A stretch of 64,000 nt of DNA from Pelagomonas calceolata (lineage: Eukaryota): NCBI GenBank assembly GCA_918797485.1, contig CAKKNE010000004.1, positions 4,092,001 through 4,156,000 on the forward strand, written 5' to 3'. Below are positions 19,537-29,895 of this stretch, in pieces. A model generated the notes under the pieces. That model saw only the letters and a list, made by a program, of their open reading frames with translations. It was not told the DNA's origin and ran no database searches. Position numbers and translations under genes: made by a program. Numbering within the stretch: position 1 is the stretch's first letter; the number at the start of each line of letters is the position of its first letter.

Positions 19537-21124
19537 TCAAAACCGCCCCGACGCCAGGCCAGCAGAAAGGGACGCCGGCATCGCCGCCGCGACGCACGGC
19601 TTGCACGTCCTTTTATGAAACTGCCAGTCGTACTTCTGGCACTCAACGGAGCAGTAGTGGGCGGCCTTGCACCTCGAACATTTCCGGAACCGGCCCTGCT
19701 TCGTGCCGCAGGCCCGACATTTAATTTCCATTTGCGGCAACGGCGCCGAAGGCGCGGCGTCGTCCGACGGTTGAGCCTCCGCGTCCCGTAGAGCTTGAAT
19801 GACGCGAGGAGCCATGCGGATCGTCGCGGCCACTTGGGACAGCGACGCCTGCATGGTCGCATCAAAAAAGAGGAAGGGCCGGTGCGGGTCCGCGCCCAAC
19901 TTTAATAAAGCGTCGACGGCCCGCAGGTCGTCGGAGAAGCAGGGCGCAAATAGCGGGTTCATGCCCGCCCGGTCGACGGTGTTGATGTCGGCGCCCCTTT
20001 CTACCAACTTGCCTAGGAGGTCGAGGGCCTTGGGCTCGAGGGCCTCAGAAGACGGCGACCGCGCCAGACAAAAAACCGGCGCCCGTCCGAGCACGTCCTT
20101 CGCGTTCGGGTCCGCTCCGTTATCGCAAAGCTCCTTGATGACGCCCGCGTAGTCCGCGTCCGACGTCTTCAGGAGCACGGCGCCGGCGCACACGGCGTGG
20201 AGGCACGTCCTCCTCAAATCACCCTCGCGCCGCGACACGAGGAACTCCCGCTGGAGCGCGTCGACCTGGCGCAGCTGCGCTTTCACGGCCTTCGGCGAGC
20301 CGGCCGCGCCTGCGCGGTGTGAGGTGTCCAGCGTCGCATCAAGCGTCGCGTCGATGGCGTCTCGCGGACGAGACGAGAAGCCCTCCACGCCATCGAGCAG
20401 GCGTCGAGAGGTCCAAGGCAACCAAAGGCGAAGGCACATAAGCAGACGCCGCACACGCACAGGCCTGGGCGAAGGGCGACAGAAACGACGGCGAACTGAA
20501 GTAGTCGCCGCCCTGGTTCCAGTAGACCTCGGCCGCGGCGTACTCCGAACTGCGGCCTTTCAGAGGTGATTGGTCGCCATCCGCACATTCATCTGTGGAA
20601 TTGGCGACGCAGTCCCTGACGATGTCGCGGATGGCCGCGTGCGGCGCTTGTATCCTCGCGAGTCTTCGACGAAGGTGGTCGGCGGCTTCCATATTTTTCT
20701 GCGCGTCTCGAGGCAGCGCCGAGAAGTCGCGCCAGTCCGTCGTGCAGGAATCGAACGTGAGCTCCTCGTTCGCCTTCAAAGAGCGCCGCGCCACAAAGTC
20801 TATCCCATCAGACACGATTCTTGCCTCCAGAGTGGCATCAGCACCACAGAGTCGCAACCGACCCGGTAAATTGAGACACCTTAGGTGCTCGTGCTCTCCA
20901 ATTTGCACCGTGTCCTCCCGCGGCAGCGCGAAGACGGACTTGGGCGTCCTCCGGTAGCGTAGGACGACCAAACCGGCTTCTATAGATTTAGTTACGGTCT
21001 TGCCCTTACCTTCCAAAGCCTCGGCGCTGTACTCGCACTCCGCGTGGTCGTCTTTCATGATCTGGAGCCGCTCCGTGACCGCCGCGTGCTGCTCTTTTGT
21101 TCTAAAAAATATCTGTGGTGCCAT
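19537..21124 (-). CDS. Degenerate SET-like + ankyrin + MYND zinc-finger protein, 2 exons: 21124-20461, 20309-19537
   Basis: FVARRSLKANEELTFD (SET C-terminal-like); ANK repeats GADPNAKD, GADINTVD; MYND CRACG...CSRCKAAHYCSVECQKYDWQFHKRTC; GT-AG intron 20310-20460. Confidence 0.75.
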
Positions 21125-21457
21125 GGTGCTTTATGGCAGGCTGCAGGCTGTAGCTCGCGTCGATGGCGTGTCCGCTCACGCAGTCACAGGGGCTGAAAAA
21201 TACTTCAGACCAATAAATAGGTGCGCTGAGGCAGCGTGGGGGCCCAGTTTGTTAACCGAGCTCGATGCGGGCTAGTGTCCTTGTGGCGCTAGGTCCGAGA
21301 GTTGCTGTGCCTGCAATTTCGCCGCAGTTGCTGTACCTGTGCGCGTGCAGACCTCGCCGAGTTTTGTCTCCAGCACCGGCCTGACGGTCCTCAAGCAGCG
21401 AGAATCTACCGTGCACAAATGGGAGAGCACTAAGCCAAAAAGCAGTGCTGCAGCTCG

Positions 21458-22423
21458 ATGATGAGCAGAGCACAACAGGAGGCAAGCAATGGGATGCAGC
21501 TCGAGGAAATAACCCCGCCCGACCCGCGCCTCGCGGGCTGGAACGCCGACGATGCGCCCGTCGCGATGCGCTGCCTCGCGTGTGTGGTCGAACCGAAGCA
21601 AGCCTCTTCGTTAATACGGGAGCTGCACGACGCCCTCCCCGCTTCAAGCGGTGGCGTCGCCCACGTGAAGCGCGTCAAGAAGGGCGATGACGGTTCTTTG
21701 AGGGTCGTGCTCGCCGCCGAAGCCGTTTATGACGACGTGAGTAACGAGGACGCCTACCGAGCTTTACTGACGCGGCGCTCGGAACTCGCACGGGAGGCAT
21801 TGGAGGTCGTGCTTGTACCAGCACAACCGCCCGTCACACGGGCACATTTTGAGCAAGGCGCGCGGCTCTGGCCCCTCGCGCGCCCCCCGGCGTCGGACCG
21901 GACCGCGTCGCCGACGCACGACGACGTCCTATCCGAAGCTCGTCCACGGCTCGAGGCGGCGGAACGCGACCGGGTCCAGCTCTCAAGTCTGCGCGCGCCC
22001 GGTACGACTCCGAAGTGCGCGGGCGGCGGCGCGGTACTCTACGACCCTTTGACGGGCTGTGAATCGTTGACCGCCGCCGACGAATTGAGGCAATTAATGG
22101 ACGAGCGCACGCCAGCGAACCACCCGCTCCTCCACGCGCCGATGTTGGTGGTCAGGGCGCAGGCGCGGCGCCAGCGCCGCAAACGATCTGAAGGTGCGCC
22201 TCCGTCAGAAGCCTACCTCTGCACGGGCATGGATGTATACATGACGGACGAGCCGTGCGTCATGTGCGCGATGGCGCTGCTCCACTCCAGGGTTCGGCGC
22301 GCCGTTTACCGGCGAAGGGACTCTGAGATGGGGGGCCTTGGTTCCGTCGAGAGCGTGCACGCTCTATCGTCGACGAACCACCGGTTCCGCGCGTGGCGCG
22401 TCGTCGAGGATGGGGTCTCCTAA
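21458..22423 (+). CDS. ADAT3: tRNA adenosine-34 deaminase non-catalytic subunit (ADAT3/Tad3)
   Basis: HVKRVK, HPLLHAPM (no catalytic Glu), YLCTGMDVYMTDEPCVMCAMALLHSRVRR, GGLGS, NHRFRAW. Exact start uncertain (21458, 21461 or 21494). Confidence 0.88.
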   Translation: MMSRAQQEASNGMQLEEITPPDPRLAGWNADDAPVAMRCLACVVEPKQASSLIRELHDALPASSGGVAHVKRVKKGDDGSLRVVLAAEAVYDDVSNEDAYRALLTRRSELAREALEVVLVPAQPPVTRAHFEQGARLWPLARPPASDRTASPTHDDVLSEARPRLEAAERDRVQLSSLRAPGTTPKCAGGGAVLYDPLTGCESLTAADELRQLMDERTPANHPLLHAPMLVVRAQARRQRRKRSEGAPPSEAYLCTGMDVYMTDEPCVMCAMALLHSRVRRAVYRRRDSEMGGLGSVESVHALSSTNHRFRAWRVVEDGVS

Positions 22424-22571
22424 GGCTGTGTGTTGTACATTCGATTCAACGGTTGTTAAGCACACACGGATACATGCGATCGATCATGATTCGATGGAGA
22501 TAAGAATTGTTGCGACGGGGGGACGACGGAGGTTCGACGGGGGTTCGACGGACAACAACACACACGCGAGT

Positions 22572-23753
22572 TCACATTTCACTCAACGACAGCAGGCGCG
22601 CGTGGCGCTCCGGCCCGAGGTTCTGCCACGGGTCGGCGAGCATGTCCGCGATGCTCTGCTTCTGCGAGTGCGTCAGCTTGCTCCGCGCCACCGGATCCTC
22701 CAGCGTCGCATCGAGGCGGGGCCTGTGTGGAAATCAAAATTTTACGGCGCGTTCGCGCTGAATCTTCGCGTCAACCTCCACGCCATCGACACGATGCCTG
22801 CTCGATGGCGTGGCGATGCCGGTTCCTCGCAGCTCGACCGAGCCAGGTCGGCCGCGTGCACCCGACACACTGGTTGATTTCCACACAGGGTGCGACTCAT
22901 CCCGCGGCCACCATGACGACTGCCACCAGCCGTTGAACGTTAATCTCAGCCGCTCCGCGCGCGGGCTGACCGTCGTGACAAAGTGCGCCGACGTCGTCGT
23001 CACGCTGAAGAGGCAGAGCTGGTTGAACGACGCCGGGTACGTCGCCTCGTCGTGGTCGTTCTGCGCCCAGTAGAGCGCGCCGCCCCACTCGGGCCGCCAC
23101 GCCTTGGAGAGGTGCCAGACGTAGGCGACCGTCCGTTGGCCGACCCAGTCCGTGTGCGGCAGCGAGTGGTCGCCCGCGCGGTACTTGCTCGGCGCGCCCG
23201 TGCACGCGCCGCCGCAGTCGCGCTCCGCGAGCGCCGAGACCCAGGCCTTCGTCTCCGCGTGGTCGAAGACGGCGAAGGTCGCGTTCAGGCGCCGGCTCCA
23301 GAGCGCCCGGTCGTAGACGTTGAGGTGGCGGTAGCCGTAGCCGTCCTCAAAATAATCCTCGTTCGCGGACCACGGCGCGTGCCTCGACGCGAGCTCGCGG
23401 TAGCAGGCCTCGGCGAAGTCCGGCCGGAAGGCGTCCCGCAGGATGACCACCTCGCCGGCCCGCAGCTTTTCCCGGACGTCCTCGAGGCCGTCGAGGACCG
23501 CGGGGTTGAGCACGTCGACGATCGAAGAATCCTCCAGGGCGTCGAGCCGCGCCTCGAGCGCCGCGTCCGGCGGACCCTCGGCCCAGCGCGCGCGGGGGCC
23601 GGCGGTCGGTGCCGGGGGCGGCGCGGCGCCGCCGAAGCCCTTGCGCTTGGCCCTCGCCTTGGCTGCCCGCAGCGCCACGGAGGCTGCCGATCTCGGCTTG
23701 GACATGAAGGCGCTGCCGCAGGCGACATGCGCAACCAGGAGAAGCCGCCGCAT
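22572..23753 (-). CDS. 2-oxoglutarate/Fe(II)-dependent oxygenase (prolyl-hydroxylase-like), signal/plastid peptide, 2 exons: 23753-22897, 22722-22572
   Basis: YRAGDHSLPHTD, VAYVWHL...WRPEWGGAL, HFVTTV, RLTFNGW; N-terminal GSAF. Introner removal gives RDE|PRLDATLE... to TGA. Confidence 0.8.
22723..22896 (-). mobile_element. Introner element / GT-AG intron (174 bp)
   Basis: Perfect TIR ctgtgtggaaatcaa...ttgatttccacacag (22723-22888); GT donor 8 nt outside the TIR; closely similar to the element at 32845-33014. Confidence 0.92.
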
Positions 23754-24077
23754 GCTACTCGTGGCGGAGTTCCGGCAGCCGGTCGAATTGCGGGGCAGCG
23801 GTTTACTGGGCCGGGCGCGCGCCCGCGCCGGGGGAGGCCGCAATGCAGCCTTGCTCAGACTCCGAGCTGAACTCAGACCCGAGGCGGAAGCGGTCGGGCC
23901 TCCACGAGCCCTCCGTTCCTCCGTCCGAGTCGTCGGAGGAGCCCTCCTCTGCGATGCGTGCGGTAGTCTCGGACTTGCGTGCGGGGCAAGCCTCTCCAGC
24001 GCCAAGCTCGAGCGCTAGCTCTCCGGCGGCAGCGGAGGCAGGCCGGGCCGCACGGACGGGCAAGGGGTTGGGCACGA

Positions 24078-24138
24078 ATCCCAGTGCGCCGGCGAGGCTG
24101 CCCCGAGGATCCCAGTGCGCCGGCGAGCTGCCCCGAGG
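24078..24138. repeat. Tandem duplication, 31 + 30 bp
   Basis: atcccagtgcgccggcgaggctgccccgagg followed directly by atcccagtgcgccggcgagctgccccgagg. Confidence 0.9.
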
Positions 24139-24168
24139 CCATCACACGCGCGCTGTCTAGGCACACCG

Positions 24169-27100
24169 ATGTACGCCCCACCAGGCGCCATCGACGCGCC
24201 CCGCCCGGCGGCGGCCGAGGCCGCGTTAACAAAGGCGCAACGGCAAAAAAGCGCCGAACGCCGGAAGCACTGGCTCGCAAAGAACGCCGCGCCCTTACCT
24301 CATAGAGTGATCAAGGGCGGCCTCAGCAAAAAGCAAATCAGCGACGTCCTGCTGTTCCCGCGGCACAGGCACACGACCTTGAATAAAAGCCTCGTGAACG
24401 CCCAACGAGCCCACGAGCGGGACCGGGAGCGCACCCGTTTAGCTAATTTACAAGCGGTGCTCGACGCGGAGCAGAAGAAGCGCGACGCCGAGGACCTGCA
24501 GGCCGCGAAGGACGCCGAGAAGAAATTTATTAAGAGTGATACAGAAAAGAAATCATCACTCCTCAACAGCTGGCGGCGATATCAGGGCACGCACCCCATG
24601 CTCGACCCCGACCGCATGACACTGAGGAATGCGGCTCGGGCAGCGTTCACGGCCGCGGACACGTCGGCTGCTTCTCTTGCGGCAGGTACGGCTCGACGAG
24701 TATTAGATGAAGCTGAGGCGAAGCGCATCGCCGACGAACTCGAGGCGAAGCGCTTCAAGTTTCTGGTCGACCATTCACCGTTGCGCTTGCGACTGAAGGG
24801 CGCTGCGGATAATGACGACGTGCCCTCACTCCCATCGCTGGCGAAGGACGCGGAGGGCTCGCTCGAGGAGCGCCAGGAATTACTGGAAGAGAGGTTAGAG
24901 TACTTCGACGGCACGCGGGGGCGCATGCGCTTCTTTAAGGCCTACCAGGAGGCGCTGACGATTGGGAGTTCAAAGGCCGATGAATATCTGGAAGAGGAGT
25001 CGGACCACCCGCAACAGATCGCGAGGGACTTTAATAAAGTACTGGTGGACCTCGGTGTCGCCCCGAAGCCAGCTTTATTAAAACAGACGAGAGACGGCGT
25101 CCTAGCGTTGAGAGCGTTGTGTCCGAACGACGCCGTCGCTCGAGCCATCGCGAAGGTCCTACCTCGTTTACCACATCTTTACAAAGTGGATATTGCGGAC
25201 AATCGACTCGGTGATGTCGCTCTCAAGGAAATCGTCGACGCCGTCAACACTACTTCTACGATTACATCCCTGGATCTCTCGAGAAATAAGATCGACGATG
25301 AAGCGAGTGAAGCGATCATGGCGTTGATCGGTAATCACGAGCATGGACTGAAGGAGTTGGTCATGTCCGACGCCGATGTGGACGATGGGGAATGTGCGAC
25401 GCTCATCTCCACGCTCGAGCATAATAAAGTGTTGCAGACGTTGGATCTGTCCCATAACATGCTGGGAGCCTGGGAAACTAAAAATGTGGTGGAGCCCGAT
25501 ACAATAACGGGTCCGGAGCAAATAGCCTCATGCCTCAGTACTGGTACTTTGTCATTGACCTCACTGGATCTGTCGTGGAACTTTATACGGGGTGATAGCG
25601 CGGAGCAGTTAGGCGCTTCCTTAGCGACGTGTGCATCCCTACAAAAGTTAGTACTGGCCTACAACACTTTTGGGGATAGACCTTCACAAGTACTGGCATT
25701 GGCTTTACAATCCGACAAGTGCATGCTACGGGTCCTAGATCTGTCGTACAACAACGTCAAGCCTCGGGCCGCCTTATGCCTAGCGGCGGCTTTGAAGAGG
25801 AACGAGCATTTGAGATTTGTGAACCTCGACGGGAATCCCGTGGGCAGGGTCGGTGCTCGATCGCTCATGTCCTCGCTGCAAGGCTGCGGCCACGATTTGG
25901 AATTGACGCTCAAAGAGTGCGATAGAGAATTAGAAGATGGCACGTTATTCAACTCTGAAGAACCCGGTGGGAAGTATAGGTTGGACATGAGTGTACCCTA
26001 TGACAAAGTAGTGTGCATGGAGTTGATACAAGTAGCTACTTTGAGGGACTTCTCCCAGTTCACGGAGTTACGACACTACCCGCCGGGTGTCAAACCGCCA
26101 CCCATCAATTCCGAAGAGAAGGCGGGCAAAGAAATTGTGCTGTCGAGGACCGATGCGAAGGGCAAGCCCTTACCTGGTAGAATGTTAACACCACCGAAAG
26201 CACCTGGTCAACAACCGATGTGGCCCTTACTCTTCGCTAGGTGCGCCAAATCCTTGGACAGGAAAGAGCTCTCGTCAATCTTCCTGTGGATGGGCTTCGA
26301 GCCTGATACCAAACCGATACTAGATCAGTTCAACAAGCGTCTACCGAAAGACATCACCGATAAAAAATCTTTACTCAGAGAGTTGTGGCTTGCAGTCTTT
26401 GCCGTGGCCGACGCGGACGAGTCGGGCGCCGTCGACCCGGACGAGCTCCAAAAACTCATTCAAGATGTATTACAGGTAGAATGCACTCCAGAAAAAGCAC
26501 AAGACATCTTCAAGGAGTACGACCTTGATGGTTCTAATTTACTGGAAGCACTGGAATTCGCGGATCTCTGCGCGAAGGTTTTTGAACCATCAACAGATAC
26601 GTTCAAGGGTCCCCTCGTGGCCGAGAAAGAAAAATCACCTTGGGTGCCGCCCGACAGCGGTATTCTCGACATTGTCTTCGAGTGCCCGCCAAGTGCCGCC
26701 TCTGTTGATGAGGTTGGTAGCGACGACGGCGTGGAGCTCATCCTGAAGTTACTGGCGAAGGCCGAAACGCCGTCGGAACGGCAGATTATTTTTGACGTGT
26801 CGTGTTCGCAGACGGACATCTTCTTGACTGGAGAACAGGCGCGGAAGGTCTTTCATGCTGCCGTATGTGATTATACTCCTGTAGATAAAGTAGCGAAGCT
26901 ACTACCGCAAGTCGCGCAAGTGCAAGACGCCTGCACCTTCGCGGAACTATGTTTGGATACAGCACAGCTAAGGCAGCTCCGCGAGAAGCTTAGTTATGCG
27001 TGGGGGCCCCTCACTGGAAATCCGACGGGCCACTACTGTCTAGATTTCCGGTTGGAGATGCATCGGTTAGCAGGGAAGAAGATCGCCGGGTTAGCTACGG

Positions 27101-28551
27101 CGCAAAGGTCGTTAGATGAACGATTGAACAGGTCCGATCGGGCCCAGCACGGCAACGGCTACGGCTTCCGGAACGAGCGGTTCAACGGCGATCCCCTCGT
27201 GTTGACGCCGCAGTGGTTTACTGGTTTGGAGGAGAAGGATGGGATTCTGAGGTTTGACTTTGTGTCGTCAGAAAGGTGTATCCAGTCCACACCGACTTTG
27301 TCGGAGAGGCGCTTCGACGCTCTCTTAACAGGCGCGGGGTTCACTACTACTACTTATCAAAGACCAAAAACACCAGCTCCGCCCAAGGTGCGCTTCGAGG
27401 AGCAGGAGGACAAGGAAGAAAGCCCCACAGAGAGCCGGGGGATCCTGTCGCCCTCGACGAAATCGCGCATGGGCGAACGGAGAAGAGAAGCGGAAGCCGA
27501 GGCCGCCGCGCACAGGGCCGAAGAGGAGCTTGAGAGAGAAGCGAAGCAGATCAGGGAGGGCGAGGACCCCATCGAGTACGCGGCGCGCATTCAACAAGAA
27601 AAGAAGGCTAGGGAGGAGGCGCGCAAGGAAGCGGCTAGGGAGGCCAAGCGCAAGTTCCTCGAGGAGGTGGCCGCGCGCGAAGCGGAAGAGAGTGACTATG
27701 AAGAGGTCCGGGAGACGGACTGTTGCGCCGAGTGGTGGCGCGAAATGACGCAGTCGTCTTCTTCGAAGCTAACACCATCGTTGTATTCCGAGGCCTACGC
27801 TATCAAGTTGCGGCAGAAAGGGAGGACCGAGGAGCCGAAGAAGAAGAAGAAGAAGGTCAAGCGGCGCAAGAAGAAGAAGAAGCGGAAGAAGGGCTCGGTG
27901 GTCGAGGACGACGACGAGCCCCTGAATCCCTCTGCTGACTATCGATCAGGATGGGAGGCCATACGGTCATTGCAATCTACGATCGGTAGGAGGTACCTAT
28001 CAACAGCCCAAGTCCTGCAGGTTGTCCAGAGGTTACCTTCCATTGACTTACTGAGGGTCGAAGGTATCATATCACTCTTCGGGAGAATTGTCGACCTAGA
28101 TAAATTTCATGAATTGTGGCGGGAGCTGACTCATGACGAAGGTGATGAATTAATACACAGGCTGGGCTACCTTAATGCAGGCAACCCGATGGCCATGGAG
28201 TGGGGCGGCCGCGTCTACAAGCTCAACCTCAAAATACCAGATGAATATAAAATGGCCGAAGCTCTAGTGAAATTAGCCATCTTGGAGCCGGGCACGAACT
28301 GGGTCGGCGAGCGCTTCAAGCAGAAGGAGACGAACAAGGAGTGGAGCCCCGGCTGGACGTGCCCGCCGACGTGGGAGGAGAAGGTGTATGACTGGGGCAT
28401 TTTGGAGCTGCGCTACAATACACGAGGTAGTAGAGGTAGTAGAGGTTCTCGTGGGTCGCGCGGGAGCCGCTCGGAAGCCGACGAGAACGCGCGGCGGGGC
28501 CTCAAATCAAGGTTTTTGTGCGGCTGCCGGCCGGACGACGACGCCGCGTGA
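24169..28551 (+). CDS. Large RNI-like leucine-rich repeat + EF-hand protein
   Basis: Repeats ITSLDLSRNKI, LQTLDLSHNML, LTSLDLSWNFI, LRVLDLSYNNV; EF hands DADESGAVDPDEL, DLDGSNLLEALEF; Lys-rich NLS-like tract; terminal RGS repeats. Confidence 0.82.
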   Translation: MYAPPGAIDAPRPAAAEAALTKAQRQKSAERRKHWLAKNAAPLPHRVIKGGLSKKQISDVLLFPRHRHTTLNKSLVNAQRAHERDRERTRLANLQAVLDAEQKKRDAEDLQAAKDAEKKFIKSDTEKKSSLLNSWRRYQGTHPMLDPDRMTLRNAARAAFTAADTSAASLAAGTARRVLDEAEAKRIADELEAKRFKFLVDHSPLRLRLKGAADNDDVPSLPSLAKDAEGSLEERQELLEERLEYFDGTRGRMRFFKAYQEALTIGSSKADEYLEEESDHPQQIARDFNKVLVDLGVAPKPALLKQTRDGVLALRALCPNDAVARAIAKVLPRLPHLYKVDIADNRLGDVALKEIVDAVNTTSTITSLDLSRNKIDDEASEAIMALIGNHEHGLKELVMSDADVDDGECATLISTLEHNKVLQTLDLSHNMLGAWETKNVVEPDTITGPEQIASCLSTGTLSLTSLDLSWNFIRGDSAEQLGASLATCASLQKLVLAYNTFGDRPSQVLALALQSDKCMLRVLDLSYNNVKPRAALCLAAALKRNEHLRFVNLDGNPVGRVGARSLMSSLQGCGHDLELTLKECDRELEDGTLFNSEEPGGKYRLDMSVPYDKVVCMELIQVATLRDFSQFTELRHYPPGVKPPPINSEEKAGKEIVLSRTDAKGKPLPGRMLTPPKAPGQQPMWPLLFARCAKSLDRKELSSIFLWMGFEPDTKPILDQFNKRLPKDITDKKSLLRELWLAVFAVADADESGAVDPDELQKLIQDVLQVECTPEKAQDIFKEYDLDGSNLLEALEFADLCAKVFEPSTDTFKGPLVAEKEKSPWVPPDSGILDIVFECPPSAASVDEVGSDDGVELILKLLAKAETPSERQIIFDVSCSQTDIFLTGEQARKVFHAAVCDYTPVDKVAKLLPQVAQVQDACTFAELCLDTAQLRQLREKLSYAWGPLTGNPTGHYCLDFRLEMHRLAGKKIAGLATAQRSLDERLNRSDRAQHGNGYGFRNERFNGDPLVLTPQWFTGLEEKDGILRFDFVSSERCIQSTPTLSERRFDALLTGAGFTTTTYQRPKTPAPPKVRFEEQEDKEESPTESRGILSPSTKSRMGERRREAEAEAAAHRAEEELEREAKQIREGEDPIEYAARIQQEKKAREEARKEAAREAKRKFLEEVAAREAEESDYEEVRETDCCAEWWREMTQSSSSKLTPSLYSEAYAIKLRQKGRTEEPKKKKKKVKRRKKKKKRKKGSVVEDDDEPLNPSADYRSGWEAIRSLQSTIGRRYLSTAQVLQVVQRLPSIDLLRVEGIISLFGRIVDLDKFHELWRELTHDEGDELIHRLGYLNAGNPMAMEWGGRVYKLNLKIPDEYKMAEALVKLAILEPGTNWVGERFKQKETNKEWSPGWTCPPTWEEKVYDWGILELRYNTRGSRGSRGSRGSRGSRSEADENARRGLKSRFLCGCRPDDDAA

Positions 28552-28780
28552 TATAAGATGTGATGGTTCGTAGTTGCTTTGCTTAGAGCTAGGCAGCCTA
28601 GCCGCGGCGCCGGCGCCCCTGGTCCTCATACGCCGTCGCCCCGAGTGTGAGCTCGGAGGCGACGACGGCGAGGGGGCCGCGACGGCGGCGGCCAGGTGCT
28701 CCTAAGAGTCCTCGGCAGCGACGCCATCGCCGCGCGACGGCCTTCGAAGAAATAAGTTCAGTGCGTGTTACACGCACTAC

Positions 28781-29461
28781 CTACCGGAAGACCGCGTAAC
28801 TCCCGGAGTAGACGCACTGCAGCGCCGCCCAGATGCCGACGAGCGGCCCCGCGAACCACAGCCCGTTCGTCAGGCCCACAAAAACTCCAACCTCGAGGGC
28901 GCTCTTGCCTCTGTGGCGGCCGTTGAAGAAGTACGTGCAAAAATAAATCACGGTGCCCACGAACTCCTGGTAGAAGGCTAAGAGATTGATAATCCCAAAG
29001 GTCCGCGCGTCCAGCACATCGTAGGTCATGCCGACGAGGCATAGTAATGTAGGTAAAAGGGTCACGTGGCCGTTGGAGACGTCGATCCAGAAGCCGAAGG
29101 TCGTCCGGTCCGCATAGCTCGGATCATATAACGCGTAGGTCCACCAGACCCGCGCCCAGAAAGTTAACGAAAACCACTGCCGCACCGGACAGGGCAGGAG
29201 GAAGAAGCGCCCGACGACTCTGAACCGGTCACTTTGCGCGTCCTTCGTGCCTTTCCTTAATTCGCCCGCGAGCCGTTTGATGACGTCGATCCTATACGCT
29301 AGGGCCAGCTCCCAGAAGCAGATGAGCGCATTTAAAGAGCAGAAGAAGGCGAGGAAGATTTGTGTTGTGTTGACGGCGTGTGTTTTTGCGTGGAGATAGA
29401 CCGCGGCGCCCGTCGTCGCGACGAGGTAGCCGACGATGACGTGCGCGACTACTATTGGCAT
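28781..29461 (-). CDS. Multi-pass membrane protein, possibly EXPERA/EBP-like
   Basis: Several hydrophobic helices; WWTYALYDPSYADR and terminal NGLWFAGP resemble EBP/EXPERA-type motifs (family tentative). Confidence 0.6.
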   Translation of the reverse strand: MPIVVAHVIVGYLVATTGAAVYLHAKTHAVNTTQIFLAFFCSLNALICFWELALAYRIDVIKRLAGELRKGTKDAQSDRFRVVGRFFLLPCPVRQWFSLTFWARVWWTYALYDPSYADRTTFGFWIDVSNGHVTLLPTLLCLVGMTYDVLDARTFGIINLLAFYQEFVGTVIYFCTYFFNGRHRGKSALEVGVFVGLTNGLWFAGPLVGIWAALQCVYSGSYAVFR

Positions 29462-29619
29462 TTTGCCTTGCTAGGCTGCCTGGCTGAGTGCAGCTTTGGC
29501 AGCGTGGTAGAGTATTGCAGCGGCAGGCGCAAGTTCTGCAACGCAGTTGTCGAATGACCGAGTATGAATGCACAGCACTATGAGCGAGCTGGCAAGGGCT
29601 ACTCGAGCAAAAAAACGGA

Positions 29620-29644
29620 GCTAGCGCCTGTAAGACATACTAGC
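29620..29644 (+). promoter_or_regulatory. Conserved intergenic motif copy 3 (2-bp insertion)
   Basis: gctagcgcctgtaagacatactagc between divergent ATGs 29461 and 29896. Confidence 0.6.
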
Positions 29645-29895
29645 AAGCAAGGGAAGGGCACCCATCTATATGCGCGTGCGTGGAGGCGTCGGCTACGAGT
29701 CCTCCAGCCGCCTCGGGACTGTAGCTCCGCGCTACCTCCCTCCTCGCACCTGGAAGGAACTGCTTTGTGGAGCGCCGAGCACGAGCGTCGGCGGCGTAAA
29801 AACGCAGCGCCATCTACTACTGCCTCGTAGCAGTAGTAGAAGCGGACAGCAAGCTGCCCCCGACGCCGTCGGCGCGGTCACCGAACAGCATCACC

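Noticed and set aside
28422..28472. RGS x5 repeat as a mobile or regulatory repeat
   Set aside because: In-frame low-complexity coding repeat with synonymous divergence.
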